Assembly: GCF_001194135.2 (NCBI RefSeq)
Contig: NC_068985.1
Location: forward strand, 33,651,029-33,715,028
Source: Octopus bimaculoides
Taxonomy: Eukaryota
Direction: 5' to 3'
DNA length: 64,000 nt
The notes beneath the pieces are model-generated. The model did no database searches, was not told the origin of the DNA, and saw only the letters and a list, made by a program, of their open reading frames with translations. How positions within the stretch are numbered: the stretch's first letter is position 1; every line of letters begins with the position of its first letter. Both the position numbers and the translations under genes were made by a program. Shown piece by piece: positions 51,959-64,000 of this stretch.

Positions 51959-52057
51959 TTAATTCATCTCCGAAGAGCGGAATTACTGATAGTATGTCGA
52001 TCTTTTGATCACATTGTGATTATAATAATATCCGCGAAACGATCGTCAGATGTTTAA
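51959..52057 (+). ncRNA. Minimal type I hammerhead ribozyme motif (Penelope-type), with a U4C core variant
   Basis: Stem I catct/agatg; core CCGAAGA; stem II gcgga/tccgc; GAAA; stem III AC-GAUC-GU with a palindromic loop; GUC cleavage triplet at 52045-52047. Confidence 0.8.
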
Positions 52058-52428
52058 TTCTTTAAATTTTAGGCTTTTTTATATTTTAGACTTTACAATA
52101 TTCATGCTTAATTACACATAAAATTTTTATACGCATTTATATTCACATGTATCTTTATCTACATTCATATTTTTATACATATTTATATTTATATTTCGTA
52201 TATTTATATTTTAAATTTTAAATTTATTATATTACCATGTCATATTGGATATNNNNNNNNNNCAAAGGGTCAACCTTGTCACAATGTGTCACGCTGAATA
52301 TCCCCGAGAACTACGTTAAGGGTACACGTGTCTGTGGAGTGCTCAGCCACTTGTGCATTAATTTCACGAGCAGGCTGTTCCGTTGATCGGATCAACTGGA
52401 ACCCTCGACATCATAAGCGACGGAGTGC

Positions 52429-52473
<45 letters not shown>

Positions 52474-52570
52474 ATATATTACATATATATAGGTGCATGA
52501 TTATTTTTATATGTATGTGTGTGTGTGTGTATACATATATACTTATTTTCTACTTCTTTTTTACATGCAG

Positions 52571-52643
52571 TGCGACAAGTTGCTGATATTTGTCTTTTCT
52601 CTACTGCACAATATAAGTGCACTGTTGCAGAGTTGGAAAGCGA
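52571..52643 (+). CDS. ARRB: Beta-arrestin exon (V)RQVADICLFSTAQYKCTVAELES(E)
   Basis: catgcag|tg cga...ga|gtacgt; 73 nt, phase 1-2; conserved ADICLF.TAQYKC.VA. Confidence 0.97.
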
Positions 52644-54203
52644 GTACGTTGATATTTTATATCCTATTTGTTACCTTAGTAATTTATTTAGATTGATTGA
52701 ATGATATAATACCAATATTTGTTATCACTTGTAACTGTTGATTATTATCCATTAAAAGCTGGCATCACTGTAACTGCTGATTAATTGCTCCACTGTGATT
52801 ATTGATTAGCAACAGGCTCCACTTTTTCTTTTTCCTTTCCTTTTTTTTTTTTTTTTAAGCAACTGATCCTGATACTTGTTGCCAATTACTGTTGATTTAT
52901 TGCTGGTTGAATTCAACAATTTCCAAGCAGAGCTAGCAATGCTTGGGATCCCAATATAACAAATCAATGTTTTAGTACCCATTGAGACAAATTCTCTGTT
53001 TTCCTTTTCTTTTCTTTTTTTTTTTTTCTACTGCATAATACCAAGTAGTTGAATAAACAGTATCTGTAAATTAATGTTATTTTTTTAAAAATGATTCTTC
53101 ACTTGATGAAAATAAAAGAAATTTTACTGTAAAGAATACTAACAGATGTTTTTATATTATATTCACAATCCTTGCTATCTATAGCAATATATTTCCTGGT
53201 AAATTTTTTTAACTCTTGCACAGACAGTAGAATAATCATCTGATTATCAATTTTCAAATGCAATCATTTTCTGTACATTTTAGATAATTTAAAGTATTTC
53301 TATAATGAGTAGGTCTTTTTTTTTTCCTAAATGGATTTCCTTAAAATAAATTCGCATATTAATCCAATTAATTACTTAAGAGAAGAAAAACTGAAGTTTT
53401 TATACTGAGCAATTAACTTTCTTTACTATTCTCTTTGTGCTCTTTTATTTAATGGGGAAAATAACAAAGTTTGTGTCTTAGAATAGAGGCACTTTGGTGG
53501 CATTTTAACATAGAATCAAATAAATTGCTTTGAAAAATATCTTTTCAGTTGGTATAAAATAGAGATATTTTCCCTTTTAAATATAGCACTCTAGGTATAT
53601 AGGAAATTAAGAAGACAAGTAAAATGATAATAGCTGACACACAAAACTAAAACATCAATTAATTTGTTGTAAACATGTCACCATTCTGTAAGTTCTAAAA
53701 TTTTTGTCACACAGGTGTATTCCTGAGAATTTTAGGGAAGGAAAGGGAGAAGATATAACATTCATGCTTTCCCAAAAACATTAATGACACAAGAAAAATT
53801 AATATTTTCAGACAGTGGAGACAAATCCAGGTCATGGTTGTAATTCATTTAGAACTCATGCATTACAAAGATCTCTACTAATTTAATTGAAATACTAATA
53901 TCCAGTTGAACACTTCTAATACCCAACTGTTGTGGAAGAACTCAACTATTCTGTGGATATATGGATCATTAAGGTTGCTTAAATGATGATAACAGTTATT
54001 ATGTTTCTTAATTCATTATTTCCAGCTTGCTTTTCTTTACAAATCTCAAACAATATTTCACTATGTGTTTATTAGATAAAATTATGATTCCTAACAAAAG
54101 CAATTATGAATATTACATTGAAAATATGTCAATGTCCTCATTTATTATTCCAATTTGCTTATCTTTCTTTATCTCTTTTTTTTATTTGATGACCACAAAA
54201 TAG

Positions 54204-54350
54204 AGAAGGCTTTCCTATTCAACCTAGCCAAACAGGTTTCTGTAAGGTATATCACTTAACTCCATTGCTGGACAACAATCGAGACAAAAGGGGCCTGGCT
54301 CTTGATGGAAAACTCAAACACGAAGACACATGTCTTGCTTCATCTACCAT
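54204..54350 (+). CDS. ARRB: Beta-arrestin exon (E)[48 protein letters not shown](I)
   Basis: aaatag|a gaa...at|gtgagt; 147 nt, phase 2-2; lariat loop [13 protein letters not shown]. Confidence 0.97.
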
Positions 54351-54950
54351 GTGAGTAATTGTTCATTCTTGTGATTCTTTTATGTTTCATATTGACTCTT
54401 AAATGTGATTGTTAAAACTGTTCTTATAAGAGGTTATATAAGGGAGATCATTCTCTTTTTGATTATGTTTTACATAGCATGGAAAGCGGACGTTAAACGA
54501 TGATATCTACAAATGTGGATATATTCAAAAATTTCTTTAAAATAATTTATTCCTTTTAAAAAGACACTATATTTAATACAAGAAGACTGTTATGATGTGA
54601 TGTTCATACCCTTCACAATGATGTTAACAAATAAGAGAAATGAAGCAGCTTCAATAAAGAATCAAAATTGCATTGAAGAGTTGGTCCATCAAAAGCTTAA
54701 CCACTTTCTTGTTCTCTAGTAAACTCCAAAAATTTTCCTGAAAATATTAATGTTCTATGGTTTAATTTTTTGTTTCTGTTAGATAAATCCTTTTTTGAAA
54801 TCATTTCTGAAAAATAGTTAAAATCTGTATTCATATATACAAATTACCCATCACTTGTATACTCCCTTATTAGCAGTCATCACCCCCACCTATACTTCAG
54901 GCTGCCATTCTCCTTCCCTCTCTCTCTACATATATAAACGTACATCATTA

Positions 54951-55560
54951 TCATCATCATTTAACATCCATATTCTATGCTGCCATGTATTGGATGGTTT
55001 GACCAAATCTGAGATATCCAAGGACTGCATTGAACTCTAATGTCTGCTTTGGCATGGTTTTTATTGCTGGATGCCCTTTCTAATGCCAACCACTTTACAG
55101 TATGGATTGGGTGCTTTTTTCATGTCATCAGCACTGTTGAGGGCACCATGTAGTTCACAGGACTACAAAGCCCAGGAGACGTGATGGGGGTCAGAGCAGG
55201 TTCCTGTGGAGGGATCTGCATGGCTTTTCATATCAAATGAGGAAAAGGAAGAGAGAGAAAGCAACATTAATAAGTAGGAGCTACAAGATGGCAATGAGCT
55301 GCCCAGGTGGCCCACAAAGCTGTAAGATTGAATGGAAAGGAGAATGAGTAGTTAGGCGGCAGACTGGCAAAATAGGTAGGGTTGAAAGGTGAATGAAACA
55401 AGAACTGTGGAAGATAGAAGGATACAGAAGTGGGGGACTGGAAAACAACAGATGTAGTAAAGAGGAGACAGTCGCTGGTTGGTGGTGGGGTGACAAGAGA
55501 GTGAAATGATATGATTGGGTAGTCTGAAAGAGCTGGGGGTGGATACAAACGTGCATACGC
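54951..55560 (-). mobile_element. RTE-related 3' UTR fragment
   Basis: (cat)n tail, then gctggatgccctttctaatgccaaccactttacag, same family as the other copies. Confidence 0.6.
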
Positions 55561-56029
55561 ATGCCCACATACACATATGATGTAGACTAGCAATTTTTTG
55601 CAACTTATGATCCAGTATCTCTTTTAATCCTGACATAATTATGTGAAAACATTTAAATTTCCTTTGCCTATTAATATGCTACAAATCCTTTATGACACAC
55701 ATTTACTTATTCACTATCATGAAGGTACAATCACTCTCCCAACATCTATGTGTGGATATTTAAAGCTAACTCTAACACCACATGCTAACTCCCTAAGGAC
55801 CTTTTGCTGTGAAGAACAAGCTAATAGATAACTTGGGTTCACTGTGGACAATACAGCTTGAAAAGAGAAATGGTAAACTTTTGCTCTTCACAGTTATGTT
55901 TCAAGAGGCTGCTGCATAGGAGATTAATGATTAGGAGATTAGCACATAACACGAGATTTTGTTTTAAATATTTGCACCTTCATATTATTATTATTGGAGA
56001 GCTGGAAGAATGTTTTCCAACATTATTAA

Positions 56030-56720
56030 TCATCATCATCATCATACATCCATTTTCCATGCTGGCTTGGGTTGGATGGTTTCACAGGAGCTGGTAGGGC
56101 AGGGGCCACATCAGACTCGATTGTGTGTTCTGGCATGGTTTCTACAGCTGGATGCCCCTCCTAATACCAACCACTTTACAGAGTGTACTGGGTGCTTTTA
56201 CATGGCAACATCACCAGTGCCTTTTACATGACACCAGCACCAGTATAAATTCTGCTATGATTGACAAGTCTTCTTGAATACAGCAAGTCACCAGATATCT
56301 CAGTCCTTTGCCATCTCCTTCATAAGGCTCAGTATCTTGAGATCAGCCTTCAGTACTTCATCCCATATCTTCCTGGGTCTCCCTATCCCGTGAGTTCCAT
56401 CCAGCACTTCTGTACGCAACTGTCTGTTTTCATATGCATCACATGACCAAACCACTGCAGTCTTCTCTCTTGCACACTACAGCTAATTCCTCTTATGTCT
56501 AACTTTCCTTTCAATACACTCTGGTTCTGTTGCGCATGTACATTGACATTGCACATCCAGTGGAGCATACTAGCTTCATTCTTCTCTAGCCTTCGCATGT
56601 CCTCTGCATTCAGGGCCCATATCTCATTAACATGTAGCATTGCTGTTTGTATATATGCATCATACAATCTTCTTTTCATTCAGAGAGAGAGAAATAGAGA
56701 CCTTTGGTTGCCAACTGAGG
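56030..56720 (-). mobile_element. RTE LINE C-terminus and 3' UTR
   Basis: ORF 56383-56679: KRRLYDAYIQTAMLHVNEIWAL...VQERRLQWFGHVMHM; (cat)n tail near 56030. Confidence 0.85.
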
Positions 56721-57177
56721 TAAAAGTTGTCTGAATTTTCTCCGCCCTATTCTTATTCTAGTATATCCTCTTATTTCCATATATCCTCCCCCAATGCTAA
56801 TTAGTAAATTTATAAATGTTTTTAGTAGACAAGGAAAGGTGTGAAAATGTTATTAATAATATCGTAGCAGTCTTCTACAACCTTACTCGTGTAATTTCTC
56901 TTATGATTCAACAAAATAGATTATCTTGCCCAGGTCTGGAAACAAGGATGCCAGAAAATTGTTGTACCTACCTGTTCACACACACACGCTGAAATACATA
57001 TACATACATATAGATTCAAAATAACAAACAGGTGGTCAAATATCTTAACTGGCCACTTCTAAAACCCATTTATTCTTTGTCCTAGCCCCATAGACTCAAG
57101 CAAAAAAAAATTAAGAATATTTGAATTCCTGACATTTTATTGAATCCTAATTCTTAAACCACTAAATTAAGGGTTAT

Positions 57178-57222
<45 letters not shown>

Positions 57223-57913
57223 GTGGCTTTCAAAATACTGACATCTCACTCACACACAAACACACACACGCACGCATATAAAACCCCCATACACGATAAT
57301 TCAGAATTTTTGAAAAATTTTGTTAGGAATGAAAGCACTAAAAATGTTTTCCAACTTCTGATTACCGTCTTTTATTAATATACACAATTTGTATGCCACT
57401 ACATGTGTGTGTGTGTCTTTGTTTATATCCCTTAATTTAGTGGTTTAGGAAATAGAATTCAATAAGATAAGTTACCAAACTGAAAGATAAGTACTGGGTT
57501 TGATATGATTGACTAAATACTCTTTTAAGTGGTGCCCAAACATGGCTGCAATCCAGTGATTGAAACAATTAAGAGACTATCTATTTCATATTTGTATTTA
57601 CTTACATAGGGGTGAGTTAAGTTAGAGGTTATAACAACCATCTAAGAGATAATTGCATCCAATGAATTAACTGGTATCTTACCTATATGTGATTATGAGT
57701 ATTGGTATTAATGATCGATAAGGACAAGAATAAACTGAATTTTATCTATATTCAAGGAAAAAAAGAAAATGGAGATAAAATTGATAATTTTATCTCCATT
57801 TTCTTTCTTTCTTTCTTTCTTTTTTCCTATATGTATATCTCGAGGTTTATTTCTTCTGTTTCATATTCATTCCCTTTTCAGTTCTAATCGTTTTCTGTTT
57901 CAATTTCTTACAG

Positions 57914-58000
57914 TCTTGTAGAAAGCAATCCAAAAGAAAATTTAGGGATTGTTGTATCATACAAGGTGAAGGTAAAACTAATTCTAGGATTTGCCTCCAG
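57914..58000 (+). CDS. ARRB: Beta-arrestin exon (I)LVESNPKENLGIVVSYKVKVKLILGFAS(S)
   Basis: cttacag|t ctt...ag|gtaaag; 87 nt, phase 2-2; conserved E.LGI.VSYKVKVKL. Confidence 0.97.
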
Positions 58001-58683
58001 GTAAAGAATCATCATATTATATCTTTTATTCTATTCTAAATATTTGTGAAGGACAATCTATATTGAGGTACCTTCCAAACTCTATCTTGTATCTTTGAAA
58101 ATATTTGACACACTCTCTGACCACCACTAACTGACAAAAATATAAATTCTTAATCCTCTTTTGCTATTTGCATTTTGTCTACATCTAGATATTTATATAA
58201 ATTAGAAAGACTTGACAGACAATAATTCATGCTATAACAATGCACATTTGACAGAAAGTGGGTAAGGTACTGAAAAAACTATGATCGTAAATCTTCTTCA
58301 AAATTGTGTGTACTTATGTGGGTGTGTGGTTGTGTATATGTGTGAGTGAGTGAATGACAGTATGTTTGCTTTTGAACTGGTTACTACATTCTATATACAC
58401 CCAACTTCATTAGCATTTATAGAATAGGTACCAGGTCTTATTCATAGGTACAGTATTAGAGTTAAAGGTGTTTGGAGAAGGCCACTTCAATGGCTAAAAC
58501 ACTTCAGTGGTTAAACCACTTCAATGTAGCTTAAACATCCTAGAAAAAATAACCGATGGATTCTTTATCTACAGAATCTGTGCAACTTCACTTTTACTCT
58601 ATGGTATATTATTTTATATGCATATAGTGTAGCTTGATATACTCTAAACGCTTTGGAGCAGCTTATCTTGAAATGATATTTTT

Positions 58684-58725
<42 letters not shown>

Positions 58726-59349
58726 CAGCAGAAGCAGCAGTATGTATGTTTGGATTTGGTGGTAAACACACAGTGAACTGGGTAAATTGGTACTACAACC
58801 TCCTGCTTTTGATATTCATTTGGAATCCCTTAAATTTGTTAATATTTCATGGAAACCATGAAAGCTGCCCAGTTTTCATTTCTAAAGCTTTAAGCCTAAT
58901 AAAAAAATTACTTATCCTGTACACAGTTGAGATGTTACCTACATGGTTATGAAGGCTTCATATAAAGTTCCAAGCAGTACAAATTTTTGAATTACTTTGA
59001 TATTTGATTGCTATTTTAACTGTTTGATGTACAATAAAAATATCTTTAAGATGGATACTAGGGCTACAACTATTACTGACACCACACCTGTTCCTCTGCC
59101 TCAGATTCTTGAGAATGATTGGCAAGGTACTGAAAGTGTTGGATTGCTGAAACAGTAAATTGAACCAAAAGCTTTATGGCAATTTGTCTCTGAGCATTTT
59201 GAGCTTATGTCCCACTAAAGTTAAATTTGTATTTCATTCTGTTATACCCAGTGAAATAAGTACCAGCTATGTACCTTGGGTAATTTAAATAAGCTGTGTA
59301 TTTGGGACAGTTCAATATACTAGATACCTGACAATTTTTGACAGCATTA

Positions 59350-60015
59350 AATCACCATTCTGCATGCCCTCATTCAGTGTCCGGGCATTGCTGACTTGTG
59401 GCATTATGTGGAACAGCTGCTGTCACGTGTGGGATGGATCCATCTGTCGGCCGAGTCTGTAGTGATGATTGCACTGCCGCCCTCCTTCAATTGGCTGGCA
59501 AGGCAGTTTTCTTTTGCTTGGTGGCTGTGATGAAGGAGGTTGTTTGGTGGACAAGGCTAAAAGGCATGAGGATTGATACAATCCTCTTTGGTAGAGCTCT
59601 CATTGACTTTTTCAAGAACTGTCCTCAAGTGAGTTTATTGAAAGGTGGGTGAAAGTTGCGAAAATGGCAAGAGTGGATGGTACCTCTCTAAGTGTAGACC
59701 TGTGAGTCAGAGAGAAGTAATTGGAGAGGGCACTTGCTCATAGGATTTCAGGGAAATCTCGGACAGTGGGGTTCCTCAATTATCCCTAGAGGTGTTCCTG
59801 TATTAGGAAGGCCACATCTCTGTCATCCTCCCCCGCCTCCAGCTTTTGTTTTTTTACCTTTGTATGCTTTGCATATGTCTTTTTTCCAGTGTATACCATG
59901 TGTACTTTTTTTTTTCATCATTTCATTATTATATGTAAACCCATACACTTTATGTCTGTCTCTGTATTATCCCCCTCATCTTTCACCCTTGTGGCAAATA
60001 GATGAAATCATTATT
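59350..60015 (+). mobile_element. Tx1/L1-like LINE 3' fragment (C-terminal zinc-knuckle region)
   Basis: TILHALIQCPGIADLWHYVEQLL...KAVFFCLVAVMKEVVWWTRLKG resembles the ExxxHxxxxC...LW...IW pattern of L1/Tx1 ORF2 C-termini. Confidence 0.6.
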
Positions 60016-60063
60016 ATTGGTAGGATCCAAAGTAATAGATTGATAGAATTGTTAGAGCATCAG

Positions 60064-60228
60064 ACAACATCATCATCATCATCATCATCGTTTAACATCC
60101 ACTTTCCCTGCTAGCATGGGTTGGACGATTTGACTGAGGACTGGTGAACCAGATGGTTACACCAGGCTCCAGTCTGATTTGGCAGAGTTTCTACAGCTGG
60201 ATGCCCTTCCTAACGCCAACCACTCAGA
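60064..60228 (-). mobile_element. RTE 3'-end / RTE-tailed short element
   Basis: Reverse complement of the 27022-27195 type sequence, with (cat)n tail. Confidence 0.85.
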
Positions 60229-61336
60229 GAAGATGATTTACAGTATTTTGTTAAAGTCCTTTAAGTTTCAAGTTCAAATCTTGCTATAGTCAATTTTATA
60301 TTTCATGTTTCTGGAGCTGGTGAAGCAAGTCCCAGTCTGTTATGAGCTGTAAGACTCATAAGACCCAGTTTCCATGGTGTGTAAATGAGTGAGATTACAA
60401 CACTCTCCACTGAACAGGATGCAGGTCTATTACAGAGTTGAGTTTCCAGCATTCCAGCAATAGCTGGAAACTCATTTAGATCTGAATGGACTGAAACAAC
60501 ATGAAATGAAGTGTTTCACTCAAGAACACAACACACTTTCTAGTTCAGGAATTGAAACCATGATCTTACAATTGTAATTGCAATACCCTAACCACTAAGC
60601 CATGTACCTTCATACCAATCAAGTACTGAGATCAGTTTAATGGCAATTCACTTGGGTACCAACCATCAAGTGAAATGCAACAGAAGTAAGAACTATGTAA
60701 ATTTCCTTAGGTGTTTATGATTAATCTAAGTTGTACTTGATTCTACCAACTTTAATCATCAGTACTCAATTTATGGCTATAATACAACCACATTTATATT
60801 AATTAGTCTCTGACATAATGAATCAATTAAAATTACAGTCACTGTTTCAAATAGTTTTGGTTTAGTAAAAAAAAAGGGGCAGGGAGAGCTTATTCTGAAT
60901 TTTGCTGTTTAAAGGATTTAATTCGATTGAATTTATCCCAAATATATGTTCCTGCTTTACCTCCTCTAAAAGTTAAAAGGTAAACTTAGGCCTGATATGA
61001 ATTAAAAGGCACAAGGATTTACCAAGCTACAAAAGTCCTACTTACTGCCATTGCATCAAATTCATCATCTTGCTAATAATTATAATTTCTAACATAGGCA
61101 CAATATCAGAAATTTGAGAGGAATAAGTCAATTAAATGCTTTACATATTGTAATTATATTTCGTCTTTTCATACAGAAAGAGAGAGAAATAGATTTTAAA
61201 TTTTTCAGAAAGATTAAGTTAATAATTTTTTTTTTTTAAAGAACTGAATAAATGCATGCATTGTTAAACATTCACACTGAATATTATTTTTATTATTTAT
61301 ACTATATAACTTTTCTTCCTTGATTTTTGTATCCAG

Positions 61337-61474
61337 CGACTTATCAGTTGAACTCCCTTTCACTCTAACACATCCAAAACCACAAGATACACCTCCATCT
61401 TCACGGCCAGCTAGTGTGGCCCAAGAAAATCCAGATGCTCCTATTGATACTAACCTTATCCAGCTTGACACAAA
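61337..61474 (+). CDS. ARRB: Beta-arrestin exon (S)[15 protein letters not shown]...[10 protein letters not shown](N), contains the clathrin box
   Basis: atccag|c gac...aa|gtaagt; 138 nt, phase 2-2; VELPF.L.HPKP and LIQLD. Confidence 0.97.
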
Positions 61475-62726
61475 GTAAGTTTACAACAACAAATACTTTT
61501 CTGTACAACCTTTTTTTTAGTAGGCACCCATCATTCTTGAGGGGCCATGGATCACAACTGATATCACAATATTTCAGTTCCACTATCTAAAGTTTATATA
61601 ATTTCTGTTGAGAAAATTAGTCAAACATTGAAATTAAAACCTCTTTAATAATTAATTAAATTAATAGAAGACTAACATTGAAAAAAAACTAAAATTGTTT
61701 TTACACCTATAAATAAATTCCCTCTCTATTCTATGTCATTACCAATCACTTTCAATAAAAGGTCACTCACACATCATTTTTAGCATGCATTTTTCCATGC
61801 TTGCTTGGGTCAGATGGAGTTTATTAAGACAGATACCTTTCTTGTTACCAGCAGTCACTGGTTTCCAAGCAAGGTAATACTTCTTCATGGCCAGATGTGT
61901 TTTCACAGAATATTGGAAATGAATGATACTGCTTGTATGTCAATGACATTCATTTACAACTACCTCACTACATGATGTCAAGACAAGAAGTAATTAACAC
62001 CACACACATGCACACTTGCTCGGCTTTAATTGGCCCCAGGCTACAGTAGAAGATACTTGCCCAAGGTGCCACACAGTGAGACAGAATTCAAGACTGTATA
62101 GCTGGGAAGCAAACTTCTCAATCATACTGCCACACCTGTGGCTATATGCTAAAATTATTCAATCTACTTTTTTGTGTCAATGAATTGCCAGAAATAACAG
62201 TGAAATTAGATGCAAGTTGTAATCTATAAATAATATAGAATTTGGATTCTTTAGACAGAAGAAGATAAAAAGTTTTGAATTTTTTTTTTTTTTTTTTTTT
62301 TTTTGCATCACTGCACCTATCTCTGAATTGGGACCAGTCTTTCTTTAATAAACACTATAAAAATTCTTAGTTGTTTAATCTGTTAAAATTAGCAAATTTC
62401 CTTTGTATCATACCTACCATTTAAAACTAAAAAGTGGATCAACAGTACATTATAGAATGTAGTTCTAGATACACTAAATCTGAATATAGACAAAATGATC
62501 ACTGCTAGAATGGCTTTGATCTGGACTAACCTGGAACTAAGAACAACAACTGTAAACTAAAAAGATATAACTGCTTGTCAAACAAATAATTATAGCTTAT
62601 GAAATTATACTTTCTTTTATGTATGTTACTTGTATATGTATGTTTTTATGTTCACTTCACAAACATCCTTTAGACTACATATTTGTTTGTTTGTTTTCTT
62701 TTCTTTCTTTTCTTTTCTCTTTCCAG

Positions 62727-62826
62727 TGGAGAAAATTTAATGACTGACCGAGATGATGATTTTATCTTTGAAGATTTTGCCCGTCTGCGTCTTAAAGGTC
62801 ATGAAGGAGATGACACTGAGGCTTAA
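62727..62826 (+). CDS. ARRB: Beta-arrestin terminal coding exon (N)GENLMTDRDDDFIFEDFARLRLKGHEGDDTEA*
   Basis: Long polypyrimidine tract and ttccag acceptor; AP-2-binding motif DDxxFEDFARxR; TAA at 62824-62826. Confidence 0.97.
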
Positions 62827-63482
62827 TCTGCCTAAGCCAATGACCTGTTGCTACTGCTGCTCCTGCTGCTGCCCTCTTGTCCTTCAAACTTTCACAAAAA
62901 TATTCTCTTGTTTCTATTCTATTCATCTTCTTCATCGTGGTGCCACATCAGTTCTATTGCTGATTCTGATCAGTGGCTGTGACATGTTCATCATGTATAC
63001 TTTCTAGACCAGAACTCAATCTTGACAATTCAAAAAGATAATTTCATTCTAAGGTTCTAAATTTTCTCATTGATCTGTAAGTTCAAGAAACATGTAAAAA
63101 AACACAAACCGAAAATATGGAGACAAAATTCTCAGATCTTTTGTAAAGATTAATCTAAAAACTGTGTTCCATTAGTTGAGTCTCTTATACTCATTCATCT
63201 TGAGTCCTGTTATATATATTTTTCTCTCATTAACTGCAAGAAATAACTCATAAAGTCTGCCAACGTTTATCTCATATTTAATTATTTCTTGTAAACATGA
63301 ACCCAAATATCAACACATATACAAAACGTTAAAACTCTGTGGCTTTGTAAATATGTGCAGGAGTGTTCACTTATTTACAAGCATATATGCATAATTGCCA
63401 GATATAATTATGTTTACGAATACATACATAAATGCGTACATATGTACATGCATGCAGGAATTCTTATATATGTGTGTGTATG

Positions 63483-63532
<50 letters not shown>

Positions 63533-63886
63533 TATACACACACACATAAATATATGTATGCATACATATATACATGTGTGTGTTTATGTACATAAATATA
63601 TGTATGTTTGTGTGTGTATGTGTATATATTATATACATTTATATATAGATACCTAGATATATNNNNNNNNNNNNNNNNNNNNNNNNNNNNNNNNNNNNNN
63701 NNNNNNNNNNNNNNNNNNNNNNNNNNNNNNNNNNNNNNNNNNNNNNNNNNNNNNNNNNNNNNNNNNNNNNNNNNNNNNNNNNNNNNNNNNNNNNNNNNNN
63801 NNNNNNNNNNNNNNNNNNNNNNNNNNNNNNNNNNNNNNNNNNNNNNNNNNNNNNNNNNNNNNNNNNNNNNNNNNNNNNNNNNNNNN

Positions 63887-63921
<35 letters not shown>

Positions 63922-64000
63922 ACTTCTTATCAAACATACAAATTATCGATATCCATGGATGTGATTTAATTTATATGTGGATAAATAAATGTTTACACAC
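62827..64000 (+). other. Probable beta-arrestin 3' UTR; candidate AATAAA at 63984-63989
   Basis: Follows the stop codon and contains (TGC)n and (TA)/(CA) microsatellites. The true transcript end cannot be determined from sequence. Confidence 0.5.

Noticed and set aside
57975-58000. LILGFASS as a second clathrin site like vertebrate LLGDLASS
   Set aside because: It aligns to the beta-strand and short loop, and does not fit the [LI][LI]GxL pattern.
62753-63007. Alternative-frame ORF with a Cys string (CCYCCSCCC)
   Set aside because: It derives from a (TGC)n-like repeat in the 3' UTR, and I saw no splice site that would put it in frame.
1282-63964. Most ORFs in the supplied track
   Set aside because: They are read-throughs of (TA)n, (CA)n, (CAT)n microsatellites, N gaps or AT-rich sequence and have no recognisable domains.

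Overview
Eukaryotic, AT-rich, microsatellite- and transposon-dense draft-assembly DNA with N gaps. The repeat families look like Octopus/cephalopod (inference from recalled repeat sequences). There is one protein-coding gene, a plus-strand beta-arrestin. Ten coding exons (28011-62826) splice through GT-AG introns with matching phases into 378 codons plus TAA, ending in a clathrin box (LIQLD) and an AP-2 motif (DDFIFEDFARLR). I did not find the N-terminal ~35-40 codons, so they lie upstream of the window or in a gap. The rest is intron or UTR filled with decayed RTE, CR1/L2-like and Tx1-like LINEs, Penelope-like elements, mariner and DD37D transposons, a Helitron derivative with both termini, MITEs, tRNA-type SINEs and a 19-20 nt minisatellite. 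The most notable unexplained structures are: (1) a near-complete minimal type I hammerhead ribozyme in the sense strand of an arrestin intron (51959-52057), next to a ~30 bp RNA hairpin; (2) an ~800 bp local copy-paste duplication flanked by a 33-34 bp direct repeat; (3) a minisatellite whose minus-strand unit carries the hammerhead core CUGAUGA. I see no prokaryotic system or CRISPR array, and no clearly new multi-gene system.
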